Below are positions 1 through 11,900 of a stretch of DNA of 64,000 bases, in pieces. Under the pieces are notes generated by a model. The model saw only the letters and a list, made by a program, of their open reading frames with translations. It was not told the origin of the DNA and did no database searches. Both the position numbers and the translations under genes were made by a program. How positions within the stretch are numbered: position 1 is the stretch's first letter; every line of letters begins with the position of its first letter. Source of the DNA: Carcharhinus longimanus (Eukaryota); the NCBI GenBank assembly GCA_030264375.1, contig JASCQW010000162.1, positions 19,201,546 to 19,265,545 of the forward strand, in the 5' to 3' direction.

Positions 1-78
1 TAGGGCCTGGGTGGGATTGTGTTCGGTGCAGACTCGATGGGCCGAAGGGCCTCTTTCTGCACTGTGGGGTTCTATGAA
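1..78 (+). mobile_element. 3' tail of an HE1-like SINE (truncated by the window edge)
   Basis: GGTGCAGACTCGATGGGCCGAAGGGCCTCTTTCTGCACTGT...TTCTATGA matches the CR1-type tail seen on the fuller SINE copies at 32814-33178 and 38307-38648. Confidence 0.75.
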
Positions 79-1622
79 TCAACGACTGCAGTTTGCGTGT
101 TCTATCCCACATGCTATTAGATAGTGGATTGCAACATTGTTCAAACTTTAAAGGGACGCCATAGAACTTCTGCACACGTCCACGTTTACCTACTTTCTGA
201 AATACGTACTCGAGTTTATACAGAATACAATCGCAAATAGTATTGGAATATTAGAAGTTGCGCAAGTGCAGATGCCAGTTATTGTTAAATTCATTTTATT
301 CCAAGGAGCAGAAACCCAATCCCTTGGGGCGGGGAGTGGGGGACTGACATAATAGAACATGTTAAAATATTTTCACAACCTCGTCGGATATTTTAACCAG
401 AAAAATTGGACACGTTGGAAATTGCCAGTCCATGGATTCTGTGGATTCTGTAGTTTCAATGAGACTGGGTCTTTATGGTTCTCGGTAGGTGGCAGTAGCA
501 TGGTAACATTACACTTCAGCCGCAGCAACATGGCACTGCATCACTTTAAAAAAACAACTAAATGGAAACTGGCTTGATTTTTAAAAATTTATTATTTTCT
601 ATTCACTGTTTTCGCGTTGACTCTAGATGTGGTGGTCGTCGAGATGATGTGGTGGCACTGATGATGGTGGGAGGGTGGGGAAGGGGTTGTGGGGTCGAGG
701 ACAATAGCGCGGGTGATTATTATTTTAAGCTGTTAATTTAAAAATCTACAATTGGCATCGATGTTTCAGAAAGTTTAAAATATCACTGGTGTTTTTCTGC
801 ATCCCAGCTAATTATAAAGGATGCCCCCCACCCTCTACCGCTGGCCATCAAATAGAATAATCCAGGGACTCCTGCTTGTCAGCACAGATGTTGTTTACAA
901 CGATTCACGGATGGACGAAACATGCTGAGTCTGTGCTTCCTACAATCACTGTACGTTTCTGAATTCCAAATCAGTTCTGAATAAATTATTTGATGCAATT
1001 CAGCCCCTTCCCCCTCAATCGAAACAAGAGTGTTGGAATTTAATTACTTGTAAACATGCCCGCTCGCCTTTTCCATGCGGTTTCCTGCTCCAGCAGCTGA
1101 ACATTTACACCTGAGTGTGAAATATGTGATATTTACGGAATAGTTCCCCGAAAAAAAACATACGTACGGGGTAACGTGTTGTTTTTTTTTGCGAATTTCA
1201 AGAACATCGTGATGACACCTGGGGTACGTGCAATGCAGAGAAAAATGCGGAGGTTGGGATTTGAATGTTAAACCCCGCAGTTCTGCATCACAAACTTGCA
1301 GCATTGCTTTTTTTCTCTCTCTCAAGAGATAGCAACGTGCAAACATTATTGGGAATAATATCAATAAACGAGGCAAGACTGCATCGTCTGAACTTGCGAG
1401 GTGATTTGGAACATTCTGCTTCTCACCCTCACCACCCCCCCCCCCCCCAACACTGGAAGTTACAGCCATCTATTTATTTTACACACAGGCAAATCTATTC
1501 TGGGCAGTTCCTATTTTTTAAATAAAAATTGAGTCCAACTACTTTGGTTTATTTTGAGACAGATTTTGTAAATGGTCTTAAATTTAGCTACATGGCATGT
1601 CCTTGCAAGGGAAGAAAGCATC

Positions 1623-1860
1623 TTAAAAGAAATGCGTTATGATTCCGCAAAGAAAAAATAAAGTGCAATTGGAGGGGGGAGGGGGAAAATTCATGTTAAA
1701 GAAATGCATGATGTGCAGAGAAAAAATAAAGTACAACTGGTGAGGGGGGGAATGCATGTTAAAGAAATGCATGATGTGCAGAGTAAAAATAAAGTACAAC
1801 TGGAGAAGTATGTTAAAGAGATGCATTCTGATGTGCAGAGAAAGAAAATACAAACCGGGT
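1623..1860. repeat. Minisatellite, ~4 degenerate copies of a ~58-65 bp unit
   Basis: The unit ATGTTAAAGAAATGCATGATGTGCAGAGAAAAAATAAAGTACAACTGG recurs at ~1623, ~1692, ~1756 and ~1810. Confidence 0.85.
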
Positions 1861-1879
1861 GGGTGACTGGGGGGGTGGG

Positions 1880-3398
1880 GAGAACACACGGCGCGGGCTG
1901 TGCGAATAGTAATGAATGGCGGCGACATCTCTCCTTTACTACGTTGCGCAGCCAGGGGGGACTCGCTCGCTTATCTAAGGAGAGGCAAGGCAGTGAGTGA
2001 GTGGACAAGGGGAGTGGGAGTGAGTGAGAGTCTGGAGAGGAACCCAGCCTGGGAGAAGAGGTGGGGGGTAGAGGGTAGGGGGCGGCGGGGGGGTGGGTGA
2101 GGAGGGGGAAAGAGGAGGAATGATTGACACCTTATCCAGGGGGGAGAGAGAAGAGGGGGGGGCAGGAGGAGGCAACAACATTCCAAAATAGAACGTAAAC
2201 AAGAGAGTCGGCGGCCAATGATCGGCGGGGGACGGGAGGGGGGGCGGGGTCGTGGGGGGGGGGGGGNNNNNNNNNNNNNNNNNNNNNNNNNNNNNNNNNN
2301 NNNNNNNNNNNNNNNNNNNNNNNNNNNNNNNNNNNNNNNNNNNNNNNNNNNNNNNNNNNNNNNNNNGGGGTGAGGGGGGGGTGAGGTCGGAGGGGAAGGC
2401 CTCCGCATGGACACCTTGTCCAAAGACCACACTCCGGGCACTGCAGCACCGGGGTGGGGGGGGGGGGCGGCGGGAGGGAGGATTGAAGATTCCCGTGTGG
2501 GGATAACACGTCTTTTTATGTTTGGAGTGTGTTGCCCCCCACCTCCCCCCCACCCCCCCACCACCACCGCCCCAATCCCACGCAGAGAAACTCTCACCCA
2601 CCTTATTTTTTTAAAATTTTAAACACTTGGTTCCTTCAAGCTGCCTCCCGTTGGGGGCGTCTTTATCTGGGAGCCTACCGCGGGACGGGCAGAGGATCCA
2701 GTTAGCAGCAGTTGCTTTGCGATGCCACCTCTTAATGTCTGCCATCTTGGCACCGGTGGCATCGAGCGAATGCTATAGTCTGCAGCGTTTCATTTGTGCG
2801 TCGATTTTTTTTGTGTGTGTGTGTTTTTCTTTCCACTCTTGTGCGTCGCAAGCCTTAGTGGCCTGGCTGGCACAGGTTTGCCAAGGCGCTGTAGGGTAAC
2901 TAATGTATTTGATCTGATGGTGGGTGCAGGTGGCACGAGAGATGGTATGCAGGAGCTAATCAGGTTTGCCAGTGCCATCTGTCAGTGCCAGAACATCTGC
3001 TGTGAAGGTGACCCTGTCGCCCTTTGTTAAAGTTATGAGTTTGGCATTTATATCAGCGACACCAGCGCAGATAGCAGGCAGCGTGGAAGAGAGGGGGGGG
3101 GTTTGAGGAGGGGGGGAGTAGAGTTTTTTTTACTCACATCGGGCTGCGCGCTTCTTGTGGCTGGGTTATTGGAGGCGGAAAAATTAACAGGCGGTTTTTC
3201 CAAATATATATATATTTACATTAATAAGGAGAACTCGGTAAAAGTCGCCCCGAGTGTGTGGGTTTTTTTAAAAAAACAATTTCTTTCTCTCCGTCGTTCG
3301 GAGGTTTTTTTATTTGTTTTGTAATTTAATTTAATTTTTTCTCTGTCAGGGTTGTCCGCTCTCTCTCTCTCTCTCTCTGTGTCTCCTCACACGGCACG
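1880..3398 (+). promoter_or_regulatory. IRS1 promoter, CpG-island region and long 5'UTR
   Basis: GC- and CpG-rich with G-runs. Contains GTAAACAA (FOXO element) at 2195-2202, CCAAT at 2215-2219 and a GC box GGGGCGGGG at ~2241-2249, all directly upstream of the IRS1 ATG. The TSS cannot be fixed from sequence alone. Confidence 0.6.
3359..3378. repeat. (CT)n microsatellite in the 5'UTR
   Basis: A run of about 10 CT units about 20 nt before the ATG. Confidence 0.9.
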
Positions 3399-6300
3399 AT
3401 GGCGAGTCCGCCTGAGCCCAGCTCGCCGAGCGCCGACAGCTNNNNNNNNNNACAGCTTCTCGGACGTGCGGAAGGTGGGCTACCTGCGAAAGCCCAAGAG
3501 CATGCACCGGCGCTTCTTCGTGCTGCGGGCGGCCAGCGAGCTGGGTCCGGCCCGTCTCGAGTACTACGAGAACGAGAAGAAATGGAGGCACAAGGCGGGC
3601 GCTCCCAAGCGCTCGGTGCAGCTGGAGAGCTGCTTCAACATCAACAAGCGGGCCGACTCCAAGAACAAGCACCTGGTGGCCCTCTACACCCGCGACGAGT
3701 ACTTCGCCGTGGCGGCCGAGTGCGAGAGCGAGCAGGAGGGCTGGTACCAGGCGCTGCTGGAGCTGCACAACCGCGNNNNNNNNNNNNNNNNNNNNNNNNN
3801 NNNNNNNNNNNNNNNNNNNNNNNNNNNNNNNNNNNNNNNNNNNNNNNNNNNNNNNNNNNNNNNNNNNNNNNNNNNNNNNNNNNNNNNNNNNNNNNNNNNN
3901 NNNNNNNNNNNNNNNNNNNNNNNNNNNNNNNNNNNNNNNNNNNNNNNNNNNNNNNNNNNNNNNNNNNNNNNNNNNNNNNNNNNNNNNNNNNNNNNNNNNN
4001 NNNNNNNNNNNNNNNNNNNNNNNNNNNNNNNNNNNNNNNNNNNNNNNNNNNNNNNNNNNNNNNNNNNNNNNNNNNNNNNNNNNNNNNNNNNNNNNNNNNN
4101 NNNNNNNNNNNNNNNNNNNNNNNNNNNNNNNNNNNNNNNNNNNNNNNNNNNNNNNNNNNNNNNNNNNNNNNNNNNNNNNNNNNNNNNNNNNNNNNNNNNN
4201 NNNNNNNNNNNNNNNNNNNNNNNNNNNNNNNNNNNNNNNNNNNNNNNNNNNNNNNNNNNNNNNNNNNNNNNNNNNNNNNNNNNNNNNNNNNNNNNNNNNN
4301 NNNNNNNNNNNNNNNNNNNNNNNNNNNNNNNNNNNNNNNNNNNNNNNNNNNNNNNNNNNNNNNNNNNNNNNNNNNNNNNNNNNNNNNNNNNNNNNNNNNN
4401 NNNNNNNNNNNNNNNNNNNNNNNNNNNNNNNNNNNNNNNNNNNNNNNNNNNNNNNNNNNNNNNNNNNNNNNNNNNNNNNNNNNNNNNNNNNNNNNNNNNN
4501 NNNNNNNNNNNNNNNNNNNNNNNNNNNNNNNNNNNNNNNNNNNNNNNNNNNNGGGGAGGCGGTGGAGGAGGAGGAGGAGGAAGCGGCGGCTGCCGCCTGC
4601 ACCCGCCCCTCAATCACAGCCGCTCCATCCCCATGCCGTCCACACACTGCTCGCCGTCGGCCACCAGCCCCGTCAGCTTGTCCTCCAGCAGCACCAGCGG
4701 CCACGGATCCACCTCGGACAGCCTGTTCCCCCGCCGCTCCAGCGCCTCCATCTCCGGCTCCCCCAGTGACGGGGGCTTCATCTCCTCGGACGAGTATGGA
4801 TCCAGCCCTTGTGATTTCAGGAATTCCTTCAGAAGTGTCACTCCAGATTCCTTGGGGCACACTCCTCCAGCAAGGGAGGAACAGGAGTTAAATAATTACA
4901 TCTACATGGGCAAACACTCGAGCCTGGCTCCCAATTGTCAGAACAGGGGAACTCAAAGGTGGACCCCTACTAAAGCTGAAGATGCAGACTCAGATAAAGG
5001 GTTCAGGAAGCGAGCTCATTCATCAGGTACTTCGCCACCCACAGTGATGCACCAAAAGACGCCATCTCAAACTTCCACTGCCTCCTTTGAGGAGTACACA
5101 GAGATGACACCCTCTTACCCCAGCAACCGTCTGTCGTCCAGTAAAAATTCTGCTTTTGTACCTACACGTTCGTACCCCGAGGAGTGTTTGGATCTGCAAA
5201 TTGGGGAAGGCAGGCGTTACAGCCAAATGGATGATGGTTATATGCCCATGTCACCTGGAGTAGCCCCTGTGCCCAGTAAAAATGACTACATGCCAATGAG
5301 CCCTAAAAGTGTTTCTGCCCCCCAGCAGATTATTAACCCGCGCCAGCACTCTCGAAAAGATGGTTATATGATGATGTCACCCAGTGGCAGTTGCTCACCA
5401 GAAAATGTGAATTATGGAAAAATATGGACTAATGGAGGGAATTCTAAGCTGTCTGTTGAGAGCAATGATGGGAAATTGTCCTGTAGCGATTATATAAATA
5501 TGTCCCCTGCAAGTTGCTCAACAACAAGCACTCCACCAGACTGCTTCTTCAATCCAGTTGAAGAACCTCATAAACCTGTTTGTTCGTACTTCTCATTGCC
5601 TCGCTCCTTTAAACATGTACATAGAAAAAATGATGAGTCCCCTTTACGAATTGCTGTAAATTCAGGCCGCCTCTTGTATGGTGAGGATTCTTCTTCATCC
5701 ACAAGCAGCGATAGTTTAGGAGGACAGGATGGCGGGCATCATACAGTTAACCCCGTTAAAAAAGAATTGTATGTACCAATGAAAGGTAAACTTGTGCGGC
5801 CCACTAGGCTATCACTTGATAATACTAAGGCAAGTACGCTGCCCAGAACACGAGAGCATCCCCTTCCTCCAGAGCCAAAAAGCCCAGGCGAATATGTAAA
5901 TATTGAATTCAATGACAAAACCTTTTCTTCTAGTTCATTGTCTCTTGTTGAGTCCTCTTCAGTTGGAGGCATTCATCCTGTTCAACAAAGGCCACCCATG
6001 TCTGAATACATGAATATGAATTTAAGAATAGATGCATCCAAGTTTGGCTATGTATCAAAACCCACAGTGGACATCACCAGCTCTGCAACTGCCTGCAAAT
6101 CCAGCACTTGCAGAAAAGATAGAGGGCAGTCGAGCTGTGATTATGTTAGTATGCAGCTAGTTACCACCTGCCCAGACTTACTGGATTCATCAGTGAGTAA
6201 CTATACGGAAATGACAGTTGGTGGAGGTATAACGTCTTCCATTTCCGTTCTACCTCGGGCAGAAGAGAGCTCTTTGAGCACTGTTTCTGATGTTGTGACT

Positions 6301-6752
6301 GGTCCAATGATCGACCAGATCCCTGGGAGGAGTGCCTTTACCGTGCTTAATCTTGTCCCCAATCGGAACCAAGGTGCCAAAGTTATCCGTGTTGATCCTC
6401 AAGGAAGAAGAAGACATAGTTCAGAGACTTTCACTTCCACAGCCAATGTGACTGGCATGACATTATCTTATGTTGATCACATTAAACGACAAACCAGGAG
6501 AGTCTCTGGCTTCAAGTGCCAAAGACCAGCCAAATGATGCCACAGTGCAGAAAAATGATTGTGAAAATGGTATGAATTATATCGATTTGGACTTGGTAAA
6601 TGATTTTAATAACAAAGACTGGACCTCCTCTCAGCATGTAACCGCTCATCAACCTCATGGAAGTACTTCTGGTGGTGATGATGATCTGAATTCATATGCA
6701 AGCATTACCTTCCAGAAGCCAGATGAAATCAGTAAGCCTACAGAAAGGGAAG
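3399..6752 (+). CDS. IRS1: Insulin receptor substrate 1, coding exon 1 (10-N gap shifts the frame at 3442-3451; PTB domain lies in the N gap 3776-4552; +1 frameshift at ~6490)
   Basis: ATG 3399 is in a strong Kozak context (ACGATGG) and begins MASPPE. The PH domain FSDVRKVGYLRKPKSMHRRFFVLRAASE...WYQALLELHNR is nearly identical to mammalian IRS1. Further IRS1 hallmarks are RLHPPLNHSRSIPMP...GSPSDGGFISSDEYGSSP, PI3K motifs YMPM/YMPM/YMMM, the Grb2 motif PKSPGEYVNIEF and RRRHSSETF. The +1 frame continues with NYIDLDL and YASITFQK (SHP2 motifs). Donor AG|GTAAGG lies at 6752/6753. Confidence 0.97.
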
Positions 6753-7359
6753 GTAAGGACACAGATCAAAATGCTAATAGTCATTTTGCTAATATTTTAC
6801 TTCACAAATAATGTTTTGTTCCTTATCTAGCATTCAGAATTCCATGTTTCGCCCATTCTATATGTGAGGACACACATATTTATGGTAGAATTTTAGCTGC
6901 TGAAGTTGCTTTATTACCCAAAATTTGTGATTTCTTGTAAAAATTTGAAAACTTGATTGAATAATTAATGAAATTAAGTTTGTTGAAAATGTAGAATTTT
7001 CAGATAACCATACAGAGTATCTAAAGCTTTACTTACAGTTTTAGTAAGATCACCCCTTGTCCAATCTTTGAAAGTTTGCGCAGTTTCATTTGAATGGATG
7101 AGCCTAGTTGGAGGTTGTATTTCATCATCGTCGGCATCCTTTCTTCTATGTAAGACGTGCAAGCATCAGACTCAATTGGGGTTGGGGCATAGTAGCTTCG
7201 TATGGTGCACTTTTGCTAATGGCTGAAGATCCCTATGGGGCTGGTCCTGCCACAAGTGCCACATCAAATGGTTATCAGGTGCTGCTGTGGGCTGTTTTTG
7301 GTGTTCACACCGGATATTAAGCCACTGTAGCCACAAGTCATCATGGTGACCCATGCCGG

Positions 7360-7755
7360 CCCACAGGTGATGTCGCTATTTTCCTCTTGTTAGCTAGCAT
7401 CTCCCAAGTATGGGAATAAATGTTTAGGGCCTTCATGTCACACTTGGAGGCATCCTTGAGGAAGAGCTTTGAGTGTCCTACTGGCTCCAGTTACCTTACC
7501 GTATATAAAATCCTGCGGCTGTGCAGCTATCTTCAATCTTGCAAACTGCTTAAGGCGTGAAGTTGTCTTTGCTTAGTGAGTGCCAACATACTTGGGAGGT
7601 TTGCCTTTGAGGGGATAGCCACATTTATGATTTTGTCCTACTGTGGGATGTCCAGAATGTGCTGCAAGCAGCAAAGGTGAAAGCTGTTGAGCTTCCTTTC
7701 TTGATAGCTGTACATTGCCCATGCTTCAAAGCCATATAACAAGGTGTTAGGTTGT
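7360..7755 (-). mobile_element. RTE-clade LINE fragment, decayed
   Basis: The minus strand translates to KLNSFHLCCLQHILDI...DKIIN and FLKDASKCDMKALNI, resembling the RTE C-terminal motifs LNAFHLRCLRRIL and RFKDVCKRDMK. Confidence 0.6.
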
Positions 7756-7838
7756 ATTTACATTATATATAGAAAAGGTTAAATATATTTTTTTGAAAAC
7801 TCATCTTGATGATGATTTATTGAATTTCAGTATTCTGT

Positions 7839-8950
7839 TATAGAGTCATAGTTGTACAGTGCAGAAAAGGCCCTTTGGCCCATTGCAGCTACATTGACAA
7901 CTACCACTGAAGTCGTGCTAATCCCATTTTCCAACACTTGTCCCATATCCTTGAATGTTATGATATTTCAAGTGCTCATCCAAATACTTTTTAAAGGTTG
8001 AAAGGTTTCTCGCCTTGACTATCTTCCTAGGCAGCGCATTCCAGATCTCACCACACTCCTGAGTGAAAACGTTTTTCCTCAAATCCCTTCTGAATCTCCT
8101 GCCCCTCTAAAACTATGCCCCTCGTTATTCACCTTTCAAATAAGGAAACAGCTGCTTTCTATTCACCCTATCCATGCTCCTGAAGCTTATACACCTCAAA
8201 CGTGTCCCCCTCAGTCTACTCTGCTCTTAAAAAAAATCCAAGTGTATCCAGCTCTCCTATAGCTCAAATGCTCCATCACAGGCAACATCCTGTACCTCCC
8301 CTAGTGTAGTCACATCCTTCCTATAGTGAAGTGATCAGAACTGCTCACAGCCCCAACATAACCTCCTTGTTCTTATACTCTGTTCCACGACTGATGAAAA
8401 CAAGTGTTCAGTAAGCTGTCTTAACTATCGTGTTCACCTGCTTCATGGACCTGTACCCTAAGGTCCATCTGTTCCCCTGAGCTTCCAAGTGTCCTGCCAT
8501 TCGTTAAGTACTCCCTTGTCTTGTTACTACTTCTAAGGTGCACCATCTTGCACTATTAGGGTTAAATACCATCTGCCACTGCTCTTCCCATCTCTACCTC
8601 CTGTAACCTATAACCTCCTTTACTATTAACCACCCTACCAATCTTGGTGTCATCTACAAACTTATCTATCATTTCCCCCCACATTCTCATCCTATGTCAA
8701 ACAGCTTAAGATTTTCACGCTCTTTTTCTGAATCCTGCACCTGTGTTCTCCTTTTCCTGAGTGAAGACCAATGAGATGGATTCGTTTAACACCCTTCCAA
8801 TGCCCTGTGGCTTCACACACACATTGCCTCCTTGGTCTTTAATGGGCCCAACTCTTTCCTTGGTTAACCTCTTCCCTTTCAATATACTTATAGAATATCT
8901 TGGCATTCTCCCTCGTCTTGTTCCCAAGTGCTTTTTCATGGTTAGGCCAT
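7839..8950 (-). mobile_element. CR1-clade LINE, 3' part of ORF2 and tail, decayed
   Basis: Tail TAGAGTCATAG...GGCCCTTTGGCCC. ORF2 remnants include FFTQ-like and IKDQGGNVCVKPQGIGRVLNE..VFTQE segments. Confidence 0.75.
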
Positions 8951-11900
8951 CTAATTCTTGTGTGGAAGTAAAGCAGTTTTCCAAATAACAATTCTGTGGG
9001 ATACGTTTCTCCCAAGATCTGAGATTTGAATTTTTTGTACAAATTCTGCCTCCTCAACTGAGCCGGAGAAACTTGAGCTTCGGGAATTGGTTGTTTTGGT
9101 TGAAGGAATTGTTTTGCATTTGAGAATATGCATTTTCCAGTCTGATCTGTCAGTGGAATTTTTAGTCCTCAGCAAGAGTTGGTTTAGGACCAGTCAATTC
9201 CAATGAGAGTTGCTATTTTGGCATCCCGGCGTGAAAAGGGAACAGCATTATATTAAGGACCAATGTCCTTGACTTATCAATTCAGCTTCATGATCAGAAC
9301 TATGGAGTTTATAAGGAGTTTATAAAAGATTTTGATAATTAGAAAGCAAGACCTGGTAGTTCCAATCGTCACTCCCTGTGACTTGGCAGGAACACAGTGG
9401 AGCCTTGTAGGTTTCCTTGTATCATACTTATAAAAGTAGTGAAATGTCTGCAATATTTATTAAATATTTTGGAGAAATTCATGGAGCCACTGAGCTGCCT
9501 TCATGGTTTGGCAGACTGTTATTTCACCACAAACACACGTCACCTAACCTTTTTGACAACTGAAGCAACATTATTGTAGCAAAATAAGTTGCCTGTTTGT
9601 TCAGCAAATGTGAATTAAGATGTTTCCCAAATCCATACATTTCTCAATGCAACAAATCAAGGGGAGCGTAGGCTTCAAGAATATATCATTGAAAACATGA
9701 TTCGGGGCACAGTTGAAGTTCTTATAGAGTAAATCATATCTTTTGGAGAGATTTCAAAGGATATGTTTGGAATCTGAAGAGTACTGATATTGATGTTTGT
9801 GGAACGTAGCCTACATTTAATGAGGNNNNATTGTTATTTGTGAAGAAGGAAACACAAGTGAATTTTTCAGCACAGCATGATACAGCTAGTATGAAGAGGT
9901 GCTGGGGGAGAAAGAATGAGCCAACTTGTGCATTAAATAAAGGCCTCGTACCAGGAAATTACAATGGGGTGTGTGTGTGTGGGCATCTGAATAGAGGATA
10001 TGGAAAGAAGGAACAAATCCACAAATATCCAGTCCTTTGCTACACTTAAATCTTTTAATATAAATGTTTATTCTGAAAGGTAATAGGCAGAAAATGCGCT
10101 AATGTAAATATTACTACTTTTCTGATCAAGTTAATCCCCAGCACGTGCATGTCAAGTTGGAAAGGGGCTGCCATATGTGGATGGTTAATGTCATCCTGTC
10201 ATTTGCTTCGGTTTTTTTTGTCTGCAAATACTGGATTTTCGCTGGTCATGCTGCAGAAATTATGCATTCAAACTGCTACTGTCTACTGGTAAATAATAGA
10301 TCAAAGATATGATTGTGATGCCCTGTAATTGTCACTTCCACAGGTAGGTATGAACTAAAAATATTGTTGAGGGGTTGGTGAGCAAAGAAACATACATGTG
10401 ACTTGTACATTAAACAGTGACCTGTTGGTGATTGGTAAAAATGCATGTGAAGAGGTCAGTACCATAAAATATGCAAACTGTAGATTGCGTTGCATCAGAG
10501 AAAGACACTGATTGTGTTTATTTTTTTGATGGCCTTATTGTTTAACCTTGCATGAAAGGTATTTCACTCTTAGAATTTTGAAACTTTAATTAAGATCATT
10601 TATCATTTTTGGACATGGAAATCGTGTATGTCAAAGCATTCTGCAGAAGTTTCCAAACTGGGTCTGAAGCAATAGAACCAGACCTGTAAAGCAGGAGTTA
10701 AATAATTATAGCTGAGTATAAAGTATATAGTTTTCTTCAAGATCAAGTGTGTGATTACAGTCCCATTTGTTTTCAGTAAGTGTTCTAAGTTAAAAAGACC
10801 ACATGTATTGCATAAATTATGCTGTTGATATAAGGATTGCCTGCAGATGAAACAAATAAAAAAACCTACATAACTGTTTTAGGCAAAAACAACTAATATC
10901 TCAGCGGTAAGAATTTTACATATTTTTAAGTATTCTGAGAATTTGGCCGTCGTCTGAGAAGTACCTGTAATTATAATTGTAGAACAAGGCTTCAGTTTGC
11001 TTGTTTAAAATTAGGAGATTGAAGGTAATAGGGATTATTGTTTGAAAATTTACAAGAAAATAATCCCCATTTACACTTCCCTTTTTTTACCCTGAAAATG
11101 ATTTGTTTAAAGGACATCTGTTGTGTTCACTGGATTCGTATTTATGAGAATCAGTTTGTTTTATATACTGGTATGCATTATAACAGTCCAACAAACTTCT
11201 TTCATGAATATTGGTTGCATTAGTGGTCGGTGATTCCCTTTATTATGTGGATTTGCTTTATAGAAAAATTATGGAGAAATTGTAGTCCTCAAATAAATGC
11301 AAATGTAGCAGACTTTGCCATTTTGTTACTAAAGGAACCTTGTTTGTACACGTGTAGGCTTGTTTGTTAATGCAAGATTGCTAACATCAATATAGTTAGA
11401 TCTTCATTTTGCATCTTCATGGAGGATGTAATTTTGTTTTGTCAACAAAATGTTTTCAGATGAGAAAAACCTGTTACACCTTTTCTGCTCACTATTAATG
11501 CTGTTTGGGCATCTTATCCTCACAAAACCCAAGTGCTATTTGATAGGCAAATCTGCATTCCTGAAATTATCTGAATTCTTTGAGGACATGACTTTAATTT
11601 GAAGGAGGGGGTTGAATTTAAGGAGTGGTTACTGCATGTAACAGGAGTACTCTTTGTGTGATTGCATAGTATCTTTACAATAGTTGCCTCTTTTTATCTT
11701 TCTCCTCTCCAGTGTACCAAACCCCCCACCGCTTACACAATTTCAAAATATGGATTAAATTTTTTTTTAGTAAATGCAATTGTGTTTGAATATAACATTC
11801 TGTTGCTGAAATCTCAGTGCAAGCATAAATACCTAACCTTCCAATGATTTTAAACTTCTCCAGACTTAAGATAATTGGATTATTTGTGGAGTGTTAGTAA

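Noticed and set aside
1623-1860. CRISPR-like array or small ORFs (1704-2000, 1623-1928)
   Set aside because: The units are long and degenerate with no unique spacers, the context is vertebrate and there are no cas genes. The ORFs merely translate the repeat.
3352-3398. Longer ORF start (TTG at 3352) for IRS1
   Set aside because: This is an artefact of the mis-sized 10-N gap at 3442-3451. The true start is ATG 3399 (MASPP, strong Kozak) in another frame.
3442-3451. Apparent N-terminal frameshift in IRS1
   Set aside because: It coincides with an N gap of uncertain length, so it is not evidence of a real lesion, unlike the gap-free shift at 6490.
3346-4860. 504-aa antisense ORF and other overlapping ORFs over IRS1
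   Set aside because: They are mostly N gap plus the shadow of GC-rich coding sequence, with no recognisable domain.
6481-6537. Programmed +1 ribosomal frameshift or micro-intron explaining the IRS1 frame change
   Set aside because: There is no recognisable shift site or suitable GT-AG pair, and conserved residues are missing rather than interrupted, which indicates a deletion.
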